The notes beneath the pieces are model-generated. The model saw nothing but the letters and a program-made list of their open reading frames with translations, searched no databases and was not told the DNA's origin. Position numbers and translations under genes: made by a program. A stretch of DNA of 54,427 nucleotides from Salarias fasciatus (taxonomy: Eukaryota): NCBI RefSeq assembly GCF_902148845.1, contig NC_043762.1:29154760-29209186 (forward strand), given 5' to 3'. Positions within the stretch are counted from its first letter, which is position 1. The number at the start of each line of letters is the position of its first letter. Below, piece after piece: positions 10,702-22,040 of this stretch.

Positions 10702-12899
10702 ATTAACACGACACTGGACACATCTTTCACTGGGTTTCTCTCATCCTTTAAGTTGTGGCAGCCCTTCAAAGGATTCATTAGTTATTCAACTAGTTTTACG
10801 ACTCCCTAAAACCTTCCATTTCTGTGTTTGTCCTGTGTTTGAACTGCTGATAATGTGTGCAGACAGTAACACTATTTACTGTTCAGTTGCTGAAGTTTGT
10901 GAAAACTGTTGCTTTAAAACAAATGATATTGAGCCTGGACTTGAACCGAGGGTCTTTCCCTGTGAGCCAGGAGTGCGAACCACTTCAATACTGTGCTTCA
11001 CCCTTTAAAGGGCTCTCACTGAAAGATGTGGAATTAGAGAGATTCAGCATTCAGGTTTAGTAAAGGATCTGTTTGGTGTTGGTGAGTTAATTCAGCCAAA
11101 AAACACACAGAAATGTTAAAAATCACCTGGAAAGTCTCAAACCAGGAGTAAAAGAGGCCCAATTTAATTTCTAAATGTGTGCCTGAAACCTTGATTGAGT
11201 GTGAAATAAGGAAGAAGTCATTCAATCAAATAGTTTTCTTTGTAGTTGAAATGCATCAAATGAAACTCTGGGTTTGTTTCTTCTGAAAGGTTTCTTTCTT
11301 TATTTCTTCAAAGTTAGTTTTCCAAAACTCTTGCACTACTGAATGATTTACGGAGCCCCAGACATCTAAAATAAAACTTTCAATTGTGGCCACACGTTAA
11401 TATTTTCTGCTCAGCACAAACGAACGCATCATGGCCTCATACAGTACGTTGTTGGGCTGAAGAGCCACACGAGGCCGCTCAGCTGCAGGCTGCAGGCGCC
11501 TGTCTTAAAACCAAACAAAGTCACATTTTATTTCACAATTTACAGGCTGAAATTCTCACTGGATGTCTTCAGAAACCTTCCGTTTCACTTTAATCATCCC
11601 ACGGTTCAAACGTCTTGAAAAGCCGTCTGACTGTGATGGATGTATGGATTTACATTCCCACACGGCAGCAGCAGAAACCCAAATTGCAAAATGCAGGAAA
11701 TCAAAGTGACAGATGAGACGCTGCAAACAGCTGAACTGGGGGTGACTAATATTTTACTGTCTGCAGGGAAAGAGTACAGCCACCAGTAAGTACAGGATGA
11801 TCTTCTCAGAGGACATGATGCTGCCTGTCTGTGTGGAGTTTGCATGTTTTACAGCTGATCCCAGCTGATTTTGGGCAAAATCTTCCATGTCGCCTCAGTT
11901 TCTAATTATTTATCTATTTGCTCTTTTATACTTGTTACCTGAATGTGACTCTTTCCCTGATAGTGGCGGTCCACTAACTCCTGCTGAAGTCCTGGGGAAC
12001 TGTTGCTCCGGCCTGCTGGTAGCACTTTCCCCCTCTCCACAGCCGCGCTGCAACATCTTGACATCAGTCCAGGATCCAGGGCCTGCCCACACAACCCCCA
12101 GAGGACGACAGGGAGGGAGGGAGAGGGGGAGCGCGCCACCATAACATACGTCTAATGATTGTGAGAACCGGAGGAGGAGGGCGAGGAGAGAGAGAGAGAG
12201 AGAGAGAGGGGTATATGGGATGGGGTGGAGGTGGGGGGGAGCAGGGCCGAGGCGAGGAGAGCCAGAGAGAGTGTGTGTTTATTTAAGTTCTTCGTCTCCT
12301 GACTCAGACAGAGAGCAGACTGCAGAGGATAATGAGAAACAGATCTTCGGTGGGGAGGAAGGAGGGAGGGGAGACTCGGCAGAAGGAGGGACGAGGAGGA
12401 CCAAGGAGCAAAAAAAAAAAAAAAAAACAATGATGCAGAAGAAAAAGGGGGTGGAGAGGAAAGAGTGACAGCCAGAGAGGGGCTGTCCTGTCATTACCAC
12501 AGGAAATAGGTCCTCTATGTTCCTCACAGCTCGGATGGCCATGCTTACAATGGCAGGGTTCTGGAGACGGTGACCCACTTTTATCTGACCTGCACATGAC
12601 TGCAAAAGGAATAATATTGTTTTACAGTGTGGAAAGTTTGGACCCACAGCAAACAGCAGCGTGGAGACCATTTAATACATCAAAGCAGGGAGCAATCCCA
12701 CATTTGCACATTTGTGTGTTCAGTAAATATGATGCTGGTGTGAGGAGAAGGAGAAGCCTCCAGAGAGAGAGAGAGCAGAGGGGAGAGGGGGAGAGGCTGG
12801 GCAGGGGGGATCCGTGAGTGACAGGCGGGAGCTCCTATAGGGAATAAGTAACGGACCAACTGCAGCTGGGAAACCCACCCAAAGGCAATTAAGGGTAAA

Positions 12900-13315
12900 G
12901 GACGACAAAAATATTTGATAAACTTCCCCCCCTCTCTCTATCTTGAAGGGGAAAGAAGAAACTATAGTGATGGCGATGGAGCCGGAATGAAAGGCAGGAC
13001 GATGGGAGAGACTGTGGGATTTCTCCGGAGCGCAGTTTGATCTGGGACCACAAGGCATCAAGTCTGGAAAAGAGAGAAAAAAAGAAAAAAGAAAGTTGCA
13101 AATGCTCGAAGAGGACGCGGCGTCTGAAGCGTGGAAAAGTTTCCTGAAGAGGGAAAAAAACCTTCCAGGATGGGGGACTTTTGCGCAATGACACGCACAT
13201 AGAAGGAAAAAAACCCTAAAGTTTCTGGAACATCTCCGCGCAGCTCTTGACTTGAAGACGCACCGAACGGAGAAGTCTGCGCGTCCGCCGGAGGGAGACC
13301 GGACCGCGCACCGCG
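12900..13315 (+). promoter_or_regulatory. nfatc4: Putative nfatc4 promoter and 5'UTR, with a CpG island running into exon 1
   Basis: The region is GC- and CpG-rich immediately upstream of the nfatc4 ATG at 13316. GA-rich polypurine tracts extend further upstream from 12100 to 13200. The transcription start is not determinable from sequence. Confidence 0.35.
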
Positions 13316-13478
13316 ATGGGGGCCGCGCCGGGCCCGGGCTGGGAGGACGGCGAGTTCGAGTTCAAGCTGGTGTTCGAGGAGGACCCGAGCCCGGGGCCGT
13401 CCCCGGTGCGCATGGCCGAGCCGGACAACCCGGCCACCGGCGAGGACGGCGAGAGCGCGCCGCCGCACCGGGACCCCG
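13316..13478 (+). CDS. nfatc4: nfatc4 coding exon 1. Encodes MGAAPGPGWEDGEFEFKLVFEEDPSPGPSPVRMAEPDNPATGEDGESAPPHRDP(V)
   Basis: Matches the human NFATC4 N-terminus MGAASCEDEELEFKLVFGEE. ATG at 13316. Donor CCCG|GTTTGT at 13479, which is weak. Phase 1 fits the TC at the start of the next exon. Confidence 0.7.
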
Positions 13479-13864
13479 GTTTGTCTCTTCTTGTGTGGCG
13501 TGAGGGACGGAGGTCCGGCATGGCGCGGTTAATGCATGAACTCTGCTCATCCGCATGCATGTGTGTGCGCAAACTTCAGCGCGCACTCCGCGTGCATGCG
13601 TATGTTTTTATTGCGCGTCCGTTTCTTCTGTGTGTGTGTGTGTGTGTTTGGTGTGCGTCCGCGCGCGTACCATATTGTACCCCCAGTTAGTTTGTTGGAC
13701 GCGTTCGCGTGCGTGTGTTTTCTGTTGTTCGTGCGTGTGTGCGTGCAGGCCCAGACTCAAATGTGTTTCCAATCAGCTGTGCGTGTGAGTGGAGTTAACA
13801 GCTGCCATCTGGGAGGAACCTCAGCCTCTGCACACACCTCCCTCTCTGCTTCAGTCAGCCTCCA

Positions 13865-13865
<1 letters not shown>

Positions 13866-13936
<71 letters not shown>
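13866..13936. repeat. (CA)n microsatellite of about 35 units
   Basis: Seen directly. It generates the poly-HT ORFs in the track. Confidence 0.95.
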
Positions 13937-13938
<2 letters not shown>

Positions 13939-14086
13939 CTCACTCATTTGTTTCCCGCCCTCACTGGCATACAGTTGCATTACCACACCCAAGAGAGTAA
14001 ACTGCAGGAGAAGCAGGAGAGCGTTTCTTCTCTTTAGGTGATACATTTCAATGTTTGACAGCAGACAAGCAGAGAAGTTGCTCTTT

Positions 14087-14088
<2 letters not shown>

Positions 14089-14136
<48 letters not shown>
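14089..14136. repeat. (GT)n microsatellite
   Basis: Seen directly. It is in inverted orientation relative to the (CA)n run at 13866-13936. Confidence 0.95.
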
Positions 14137-14138
<2 letters not shown>

Positions 14139-14649
14139 AGATTCATGTTCCCTCCTCTCCATCCAGTGTACTGTACTGTGCAGAATAAAGACAGCCAGTT
14201 TTTTTTACAGTATAATTCTTCATCAAGACATGAACACAGTATTTAATGCATAAACCTCTCCTGAGTAACCAGTGTCAGGTATTTAAAAGGTTCCCACAGG
14301 TAAAATCTATATATAGCAGCATTAAACTAATTGGGAATGTTGCCAGTGTGATGTAACTTTAACTTGGAGGTGCTGTGGATTTAAAATCTCAAGCAAGAAA
14401 GTTATGAACTGATATGGTTTTAACCTGTTGACCCTGAGATAATGGAAAGTCCAAATATTAGATATGTTGAAGAAATCATTACTTACATTCATATTTTTTA
14501 ATTTAATTCAATTAAATTCAGCTTTATTTATGAAGTGCCAATTACAACATAGTCCTTTCTAGACACTTTTACAGAGAAAACCCAACAGATCCACATGAGC
14601 AAGCATAAGTGACTGTGGAAAGGAAGAACTCCCTTTTAAAAGGAAGAAA

Positions 14650-14800
14650 CCTTTGCAGAACCAGGCTCAGAGGAGGAGAACCCTGCAGAACCAGGCTCAG
14701 AGGAGAACCCTGCAGAACCAGGCTCAGAGGAGGAGAACCCTGCAGAACCAGGCTCAGAGGAGGAGAACCCTGCAGAACCAGGCTCAGAGGTGGCGGCGTT
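14650..14800. repeat. Minisatellite with a roughly 30 bp unit (gaaccctgcagaaccaggctcagaggagga), about 5 copies
   Basis: A tandem direct repeat is visible. It produces the repeated-peptide ORFs at 14569-14988 on both strands. Confidence 0.9.
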
Positions 14801-15439
14801 CTGCTGTTCCGGTTGGGGTGAGGGGACAGAACGAGAAGGAGATAGGACAGAGAGTTTCTTGTATCTACATACATAAACAGAGAGCACATGGGCTACAAGA
14901 GGAACAATCATCAGCAACACGCAGTTATGAAACATTAACATTGAAACGAGAGAAAGGAGCAGAACTGGGAGCCAGTTCCACATGGTAGGAGCCCGTGGTT
15001 AAGGAACCTCCTGCACCCACTGGGTCTGGGTTGCGTCAATAAATCAATGGATCAACTGTTTTGATTGATGCCCAATTAGAAACTGATTGCATCCATTGAG
15101 TCCAGGTTGTAGCATTAGATCAATGGATCAGCCGCCATTGATGTTCTGTTTGCGATCCCTCCATCCTCTTCTTCCAGGGTTTCGGTGTTCTGACTTTTAA
15201 GTGTTCCATAGTGGAATGAACTGTCAATCCCAGAGAGAGCGACAGACAGCAAGCAAGCTAGCAAGCTCCCGGTTTACAGCAACAACAAGAAAAAGGGTCC
15301 AGGAAAGCCTGGACCAGCCCTAACTATAAGCTTTACTAAAAAGAAAGGTCTTATGCCTTGAAAGCAGAGACTGTGTCAGCCTCCTTAAAGGTATAATACA
15401 ACATTTTCTCGAAAAGACGAAGCCCCACGTCTGTTACTC

Positions 15440-15645
15440 ACTTTTTGAACAACGCGCATGCGCCAGACCATCCGCCCGGCTCTCCTGCTTCTCCCAGAAA
15501 ACGCGGAAGTGTACGAGCGCGATCTCCTCTTCTCCGGCATGCACAGCTCTGTACAGTTTCTGCGATCCGCCTCGCTCATAAATAAAGCTTTTTTTTTTCC
15601 CGAAACAGCTACAGTTTCATTATGTCAGACTCGCCATCGGTAAGT
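15440..15645 (+). promoter_or_regulatory. Promoter-like module inside nfatc4 intron 1, with a short ATG-initiated exon and a GTAAGT donor
   Basis: Two GCGCATGCGC (NRF1) palindromes at 15447-15456 and 15686-15695, and a ctgattgg CCAAT box. The ATG at 15622 reads MSDSPS and is followed immediately by a perfect donor GTAAGT at 15640-15645. Confidence 0.3.
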
Positions 15646-15666
15646 ACGAGCTCAGAAGCTCACCGG

Positions 15667-16555
15667 CTACATAAACACTCTGAATGCGCATGCGCAAAAG
15701 GGAGAAGCTGATTGGGCGCAAGCACGGAGAACCGCCTTACGAAAGCAGCTCGTCAGAATGATTGACAAACAGACCCACCAATTATTTAGGTGATCCACCC
15801 GGAAATCAAAATGTTGTATTACACCTTTAACAGAGACTGGAGCTGGTTCCACGTGACAGGAAGAGGTAGCTGAAAGCTCTGCTCCTGTTCTACTGTTAGA
15901 GAACCTAGGAACCTCCAGCAGACCAGCACTCTGAGAACCAAGTGTTCTCCTGGGACAGTATGGGACTAACAGCTGTTTAAGATTTGATGGGGCCTGGTTG
16001 TTCAGGGCTTTATAGGTTGAGAGAAGGATTTTAAATTCTATTCTAGATTTAACAGGAAGCAGTGAAGGGAAGCTCATATTGGGGTGATATGATCTCTCCT
16101 GATGGTTCTTGTGAGAACTCTTGCTGCAGCATTTTGAACCAGTTGAAGACTTTTTAGCCAGTTGTTGGTTCCTGATAACAGGGAATTACAGTAAACTACA
16201 CTGGGGCTCCTACTTTGACAAGTTGATCGGTGTCATCTGGTTTCAGGGATAGGTAGATCTGTATATCATCTGCATAGCAGTGGAAGTTAATGGAGTGTTT
16301 CCTGATGATGTTCCTAGAGGAAGCATGTATAATGTGAAGAGTATAGGTCCCAGAACAGAACCCTGTGGAACTCCATATTTAACTTTGATCCGAGCTGAGT
16401 CAGAGTCATCATTAACATTAATTCTGTGGAACCTGTCTGCTAAATATGATTGAAATCAGTTTAATGCTGAACCTTTAATCCCAATAATATATTCTAGTCT
16501 CTGTAGTAGAATATCATGATCAACAGGATCAAATGCAGCACTGAGACCTAACAGG
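15667..16555 (-). mobile_element. Fragment of a non-LTR retrotransposon (LINE; reverse transcriptase C-terminal part and 3' region), 5' truncated
   Basis: The minus-strand translation contains [20 protein letters not shown]...[11 protein letters not shown] (the RT YADD motif) and the teleost-typical 3' ORF tail (ORF 15667-16077: ...KILLSTYKALNNQAPSNLKQLLVPY...LLEVPRFSNSRTG...). The reading frame is decayed. Confidence 0.7.
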
Positions 16556-16622
16556 ACCAGAACAGAGACCAGGACAGAGACCAGGACAGAGACCAGGACA
16601 GAGACCAGGACAGAGACCAGTC
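16553..16622. repeat. Tandem repeat with a 12 bp unit (gaccaggacaga), 5-6 copies
   Basis: Seen directly at the 5' edge of the LINE fragment. Confidence 0.9.
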
Positions 16623-16977
16623 CTTTTAGAGCGTCCTTAAACTGGTTTCTATCATAAAGGTAAATTACAGCATGAATTTACAAATATTAATCAAAAGAAA
16701 ACAATGTTACCCTTACATGCCCTCAGTCAACTTGCCCTTCAGTTTAGCACTTTTCTTTAATTTAGCTGTTGAACTTAAAGATGAACAGTAACTAACAGCT
16801 GGAATACAGACCCACAGCAGATTAATCAGTGAAATAAAAACTGTTATAAATGCTAAATTAGCCTGATGTTAAAACTTGAGGGAAACTCTCCTTCCACTGC
16901 AGGATCTCACAGGAACAGATCAGTATTTCCAGCTTGTGAGGACTCCATGTAAATTCTTTCCAGACTGTGTGAAAGAA

Positions 16978-17100
16978 TAATGGCTCAGCTGGTAGAACAT
17001 CTCATCTTCCCAAGGCCAGCTCATTCTCCCCTCACACCACAGTGTGTTTAAGTGTCTTTGGGCAAGACACTGCACCAAAATCCACCTTTCTGAGCAGCTG
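16978..17100 (+). mobile_element. tRNA-derived SINE fragment
   Basis: The tRNA A-box-like GGCTCAGCTGGTAGAAC is followed by the teleost SINE core motif CTTTGGGCAAGACACTGCACC. Confidence 0.45.
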
Positions 17101-18973
17101 TCGCCATTAATGCACAAATGCTGAAATACATGAATTTGACTTATGATGCAAAGTGCATAGAGAGTGCAGCAGTAATGATAAAACATTATGCAAAGTCCAT
17201 TTACCTTTCAAAGCAATGGTATTTACAGTTCTTGTTTTCACAATATGTTGAAAACATAAAATGTAGTACAGTTCAGAAAATTCAGGATCACAAATTGCTT
17301 CAAGCTTACACAAGAGCTAGCAGCAAATAGATACCAGGCTATTGATTTTGTCATGCATGATTAGGCCGGCTGATTTGTTTGAAGTAACAAAGTGTGCCAT
17401 TAACTGGGAAAGAGAAAGTGACCAATAAGCTGGATAAATAAAGCTCCTGAAAACATCTGGTAGCATTCAGTACCTAGCAGAAAATACTCTTCAGTTTATC
17501 TGTGTGTTAAATAGTTTCACAAATAGGTTTGAGGATATGCTGTTTATTTACAAGAAAGGAAGAATGACTGACAAAAGGAAAGCTGATTTTAAAGAACTTC
17601 TTTCGCTCCCTGTTTTTGTTTAACGTCTCAGAACTCATCGATATTTGTTGAAACCATTTGTAGCGGGCCCTGGTCCACAGGTTGCAGCAAACATAGCTTT
17701 ATTTCCCAGGTTCTAAATTAATCATAAAAGTGTGTGAGACGGGGTTATGATGAGGGATTAGGTTTTTTTAAGTGCGTTCAATAAGTATTAGGTAAGTTTT
17801 CGTGGCTCATAAACTCGGTTGTTCTGCACGCAAACGTCCAAACGACTGCTCCATGTGAAAATGCACCAGCAGAAGAGTTGCCTCAGCTCTGCAGCTTTAA
17901 TCACTTGGAAATATTTTTGTTGCCAGGAAACATTTGAGGAGATTTTTCACCCCAACTCTTAATTTTCTTGGCCGTTTCCTCCTGCGTGTCCGCGTTGCCT
18001 GTGTGGAGCGCCGCCACCGCGGAGGAACGGCGATCGGTTCGGAGTCTCGCTCGTTACGCAGTGACTACCGTTTGGCTCGACCGCCGTGGAAATGTGGCGA
18101 CGGCGGCGGCCTCCAGGCCCCGTGTCCGTATGTGGGGGGTTGATTGGAAAACGTGAATAAAATGAAAAAGTTTCATCATTCCTTGCTGAATTTGAACTAA
18201 TATCTTTAAAAAAGGAAATATTCTGAAGTAGCACAAAGTAGAAGTGACCAACATTTAACAATGTTCTGACATGTGACGAGTAAGAAACTCCATGATGCTC
18301 GGATTGCTTACTTTAATGTTATTTGATGTATTTTAGTCCTACTTTTAGATTAATTTCATTGGTTCATTTGCTGTTTCTACAATTCAATCTTTAAATAATC
18401 CTTTAAAACTAAAACATGAGACCTGTGAGTCTGCTGCGTATTGATTGCGCTTAGCTTCTTCCCTTTATGCTAAGCTAGACTAAACAACCACTTGCTGTAG
18501 CTTCATTTTGAAAGAATATAAACCTACTAAGAGTTGCGGTTTAAAGGCTACGGAAATGTTTCAGTGTGTGCATTTTCCATATGGCAGCAGTTAGCGTAAA
18601 TCCAGAGATCTGACTTATAATAAATGTTTCAAGCATGCTGATCACAAAGAAATGAATCTTTACTGACCACAGACTGTTTACAGTATATTGATGGCCACAT
18701 AATGAGGCGTTCTCAGGCCAGATGCACAGAAACAGTAGGTCTCACTGCCTGAATGTCAATGTGTGGTTGGGAACAAGATTAATTGGATGCCGAATGTCTC
18801 CCGAAAGCCACAACAATACATGTGGAAAAAATAGAAAAACGCATGTTAAGACAAAGAGATAGAAAATTACATTTTTTTGTAAAGAAAACTGATGGAATAA
18901 AAGAAAAGTGTTCGAAAAACAAACGTCAAACCTCTGATGAGCAGTTTATCTTAATTTTCAACCAACAAGAATG

Positions 18974-18976
18974 GTG

Positions 18977-19049
<73 letters not shown>
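18974..19049. repeat. (GT)n microsatellite
   Basis: Seen directly, about 70 nt upstream of nfatc4 exon 2. Confidence 0.95.
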
Positions 19050-19053
<4 letters not shown>

Positions 19054-19119
19054 CATTAAATTTCCTTAATTATCCAGTTTGGGTTAAGATTGAGGTTATG
19101 ACTTGACCTCTGCTCTCAG

Positions 19120-19286
19120 TCACAGACAGCCACCTGGCCTCCAGTCATGCCGGTCAGTCGATCAGCATCCCCAGCCCGCCGCCGCCGTCCAGCCAGCGAG
19201 CGGGGATGCACTCCCCCCCGCCCCGGAGAGCCGCCGTCAGGGAGTTCAGCGGGACCTACGAGAGCTTGCCGGCGCGCTCTGTGCAG
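19120..19286 (+). CDS. nfatc4: nfatc4 coding exon 2. Encodes TDSHLASSHAGQSISIPSPPPPSSQRAGMHSPPPRRAAVREFSGTYESLPARSVQ
   Basis: Matches human IGIPRPPPPRPGMHSPPPRPAPSPGTWESQPARSVR. Acceptor tgctctcag, donor CAG|GTAGGA. The phases are consistent. Confidence 0.75.
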
Positions 19287-19483
19287 GTAGGACGCAGGAT
19301 TGGTTCCTCACTGGTATTGTCCTGACAGTATTGTTGCACCTCTGTCTGCTGTTACCGACTCAACAAAGGTTGTAATAATTGGGCAGCAACTAATCTTTTG
19401 TGAAATGTGTTTCTAACATTCTAAAGCTGCAGCTTTTTAAGACTCAGACGTGCGGTGTCCTCCATGCTGTCGTTTCTCCGCAG

Positions 19484-20002
19484 GTTTCGGAGTCTCGTGT
19501 CGTGGAGTGCCCCAGCATTCAGATAACCACCATCTCCCCCGAAGACAACCAAGCCACCTCCGTCTCCAGCTACTGGGACATGGGCGGCGGCAGCGGCGGG
19601 TGGGACCGGGAGCGCCTTTACCTCCCTCTGCTGGACGCCTTCAGCTATCGAGACAAATGCCCCAGCTCGCTCAGCCCCAGCCCCGCCTCCAGCCCCTCCT
19701 CCCGCGGCTGGCTCAGCCCCGCCTCCAGCTGCGACTCCCTGCTGGTGGAGGAGGAGGAGCTCAGCGAAGCCACCATCGCTTTTGGGCTGTCGCCGTCGTC
19801 GTCGAGGCCCACCTCGCCCTGGGGCAAGAAGCGCAGGAACTCCCCGCTGGCCTCGCCTTGTGCCTCACGAAGGGGCAGCTATTCAGAGGAGCTTCAGGGG
19901 TGTAGCGTGGAGGGTGGAGACTCCGCCTCCCAGTCGCAGGCCCCACCCAATAGCTGTGAACTCAGCATCCCGCAGAAAACAAGGAAGACGTCGCTGGAGC
20001 AG
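19484..20002 (+). CDS. nfatc4: nfatc4 coding exon 3 (regulatory domain with SP and SRR motifs). Encodes VSESRVVECPSIQITTISPEDN...SPWGKKRRNSPLASPCASRRGSYSEE...IPQKTRKTSLEQ
   Basis: Matches human RVLECPSIRITSISP...ASPCGKRRYSSSGTPSSASPALSRRGS...ESIPQKTRRTSSEQ. Acceptor tttctccgcag, donor CAG|GTAAGG. Confidence 0.9.
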
Positions 20003-20078
20003 GTAAGGCTGTCCGCTCAGAGATCCCCGAGACTCCGGACAGCTTCGTCCTGACGGTGGTTCCACTTCTGGTGTCCAG

Positions 20079-20254
20079 TTGTCTCCGAGGGAGGTGGATC
20101 AGGAGCTGGCTCCGAGCCAGAGCGCTCCCTGCCCGCCGCCGGAGACCCAGCAGCCCCGGAGAGAGCCGCCGCCCATGGGCATGGACTACCTGTCTGTGCC
20201 CCCGGCGCTGGCGTGGGGCAGAACCCGAGCCAGCGCCCACAGCCCCCTCTTCAG
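20079..20254 (+). CDS. nfatc4: nfatc4 coding exon 4. Encodes LSPREVDQELAPSQSAPCPPPETQQPRREPPPMGMDYLSVPPALAWGRTRASAHSPLF(R)
   Basis: Matches human ...MDYLAVPSPLAWSKARIGGHSPIFR. Acceptor gtgtccag. The 3' splice donor is GC (CAG|GCAAGG at 20255). This is forced by the perfect phase-2 join TTCAG + A = FR|SNALPPLDW with exon 5. Confidence 0.8.
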
Positions 20255-20752
20255 GCAAGGACACGCCGGTTCAACCGAGAACACAGCTGAGAGTCCAGTC
20301 ATGTGTTTAGAGGTTCATCCAGATAAGGAGTGCCTCATACAGGCCTTCCACTCTTCAGGAATCTTCTTTTGCTGTTTTCTAAGAAATGAGGTCTCTATTA
20401 CTACAAATGAGAAGACATGTTATGGTCTGTTTTTAGAAAATGATCATGAATGAACTGAAAGTTTTATTTTTACATGTGAGCTAAAACAGTTCCTTTTTTG
20501 TCAAAGCAGAAATAAGCATAACACCATAAAAACTGATCACAAACAGCATTTCAAATCCAAATTTCACACCCGAATCAATTTCCCTCAGTGAAAATGGAAA
20601 GACCAATGGCTTTAGTGGAAAGGAACAGGAGAGCATCTGACGATGAGACAGAAAACCTGAAATAAAAAAAGAATTCCTGATATCAAAGCTCTGAATGTCT
20701 CATGGACATTTGAGAAGCTCCAGCTAAATCTCTTTTCCTGAACGTCCTGCAG

Positions 20753-20915
20753 ATCTAACGCTCTCCCGCCGCTGGACTGGCCGCTGCCCACCCAGTTCGA
20801 CCAGTACGAGCTGCGTATCGAGGTGCAGCCTCGGCCGCACCACCGGGCCCACTACGAGACGGAGGGCAGCAGGGGAGCGGTGAAAGCCGCCCCGACGGGG
20901 CATCCCGTCGTCAAG
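20753..20915 (+). CDS. nfatc4: nfatc4 coding exon 5 (start of the Rel-homology domain). Encodes [54 protein letters not shown]
   Basis: Near-identical to human [54 protein letters not shown]. Acceptor cgtcctgcag, donor AAG|GTGAAC. Confidence 0.95.
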
Positions 20916-20992
20916 GTGAACACGCAGACTGCTGTGTCTCACGGTGGATCAGCCGTTTGAATTCATCGCTCGCTTTGTGTCTCCCTCTGCAG

Positions 20993-21093
20993 CTGTGCGG
21001 ATACTCGGAGAGGAAGCCACTCTCTCTCCAGGTTTTTGTTGGGACCGCAGACGACCGGTCAATTAGACCTCATCCCTTCTATCAGATACACAG
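20993..21093 (+). CDS. nfatc4: nfatc4 coding exon 6. Encodes [33 protein letters not shown](R)
   Basis: Matches human [33 protein letters not shown]. Acceptor ctccctctgcag, donor CAG|GTACTG. Confidence 0.9.
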
Positions 21094-21363
21094 GTACTGA
21101 ACCCGAGGAACTCATTTTACAACATGCACTGATGTTCAGGGGACACAAACTGGTGGGACGCATGATCTGACCACCGAGGCTGCAGCCATCGCAGAACAAG
21201 CTGCTCCCAGTGACGGCCCAGGAAACGACTGGAAGCGGTCATTCTGTGTGTCGTTTGCTCTGGAGGAGGCCATTAAGACGTATTCTGTTATATTTCTTAT
21301 GCAACATGGCAAAATAGACATGCATCAGAAACTCACAGCATAGCTAACTTTTTCCATGATTGC

Positions 21364-22040
21364 TAAAGGGATACTTCAACATTTTGGCAAATTGGCACCA
21401 TTTAACGCAATTCCTTAGTCATTTCGAACAGCATACTTACTTTTTTTGTGAGGGCGAGCTGTTGTTTATTCAGAGGCGAGTCGGGGAAGGTTTTCGGGAC
21501 GGACACAATGGAAGTGGATGGTATTTTTGGTTCCCCCTCGTCAAACTCATAAAATACAAAATCCAACAACCCCAAAACACTTTGGTGGACACGTTATAAT
21601 CCACACATTCACTACGCTGTGGAACACCAACAAATAATATTGTAGCGTTACGACACTGAAGCAAATACTGGGAACTACTTTTTCTTTTGAAATCACTACG
21701 CCCAGACGCCATGTTTAGTAAGTAGTTCCGTCTTAGCAACCTTCGCATAAACAACTCAATCCGGTCATTTTACATTAATATTTCACAGCGTAGTGAATGT
21801 GCGGATTATAACGTGTCCACCAAAGTGTTTTGGGGTTGTTTGATTTTGTATTTGATGAGTTTGACGAGGGGGAATAAAAATACCATCCACTTCCATTGTG
21901 TCCGTCCCGAAAACCTTCCCCAACTCGCCTCTGGATAAACAACATCTCGCCCTCCCAAAAAAAGTAAGTATGCATGCTGTTCGAAATGATTAAGGAATTG
22001 CACTAAATAGGCCAATTTGCCAAAATGTTGAAGTATCCCT
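21364..22040. mobile_element. Foldback element. A long, near-perfect inverted repeat with arms of about 260-280 bp (21364-21615 and 21765-22040) around a loop of about 150 bp
   Basis: The reverse complement of the right arm aligns to the left arm at about 90% identity. The mirrored ORFs 21360-21599 (+) and 21806-22015 (-) give the same peptide. It lies in nfatc4 intron 6 and directly abuts the MITE at 22041. Confidence 0.8.

Noticed and set aside
10920-11000. tRNA-like B-box (GGTTCAAGTCC) on the minus strand, raising the possibility of a tRNA gene
   Set aside because: No acceptable cloverleaf can be drawn, since the T-stem and acceptor stem do not pair. At most it is a degenerate tRNA-derived SINE fragment.
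13536-14246. ORFs containing poly-HT, poly-CV and poly-TH stretches
   Set aside because: They are translations of the (CA)n and (GT)n microsatellites.
14569-14988. Overlapping ORFs on both strands with repeated peptide units
   Set aside because: They are generated by a 30 bp minisatellite with about 5 tandem copies. They have no start context and no splice context.
17934-18160. CpG island in nfatc4 intron 1 with ORFs whose 3' end (GTC C|GTATGT) would splice in phase to exon 2. This looked like a possible alternative first exon
   Set aside because: The ORF-track Met codons here are TTG starts. There is no in-frame ATG, and phase compatibility alone has a one-in-three chance of arising by accident. 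It remains only a CpG island of unknown function.
19450-20310. Multiple Arg- and Pro-rich ORFs overlapping nfatc4 exons 3-4
   Set aside because: They are alternative frames of GC-rich coding exons. Only the frame giving the SP-repeat and calcineurin-docking region matches NFAT.
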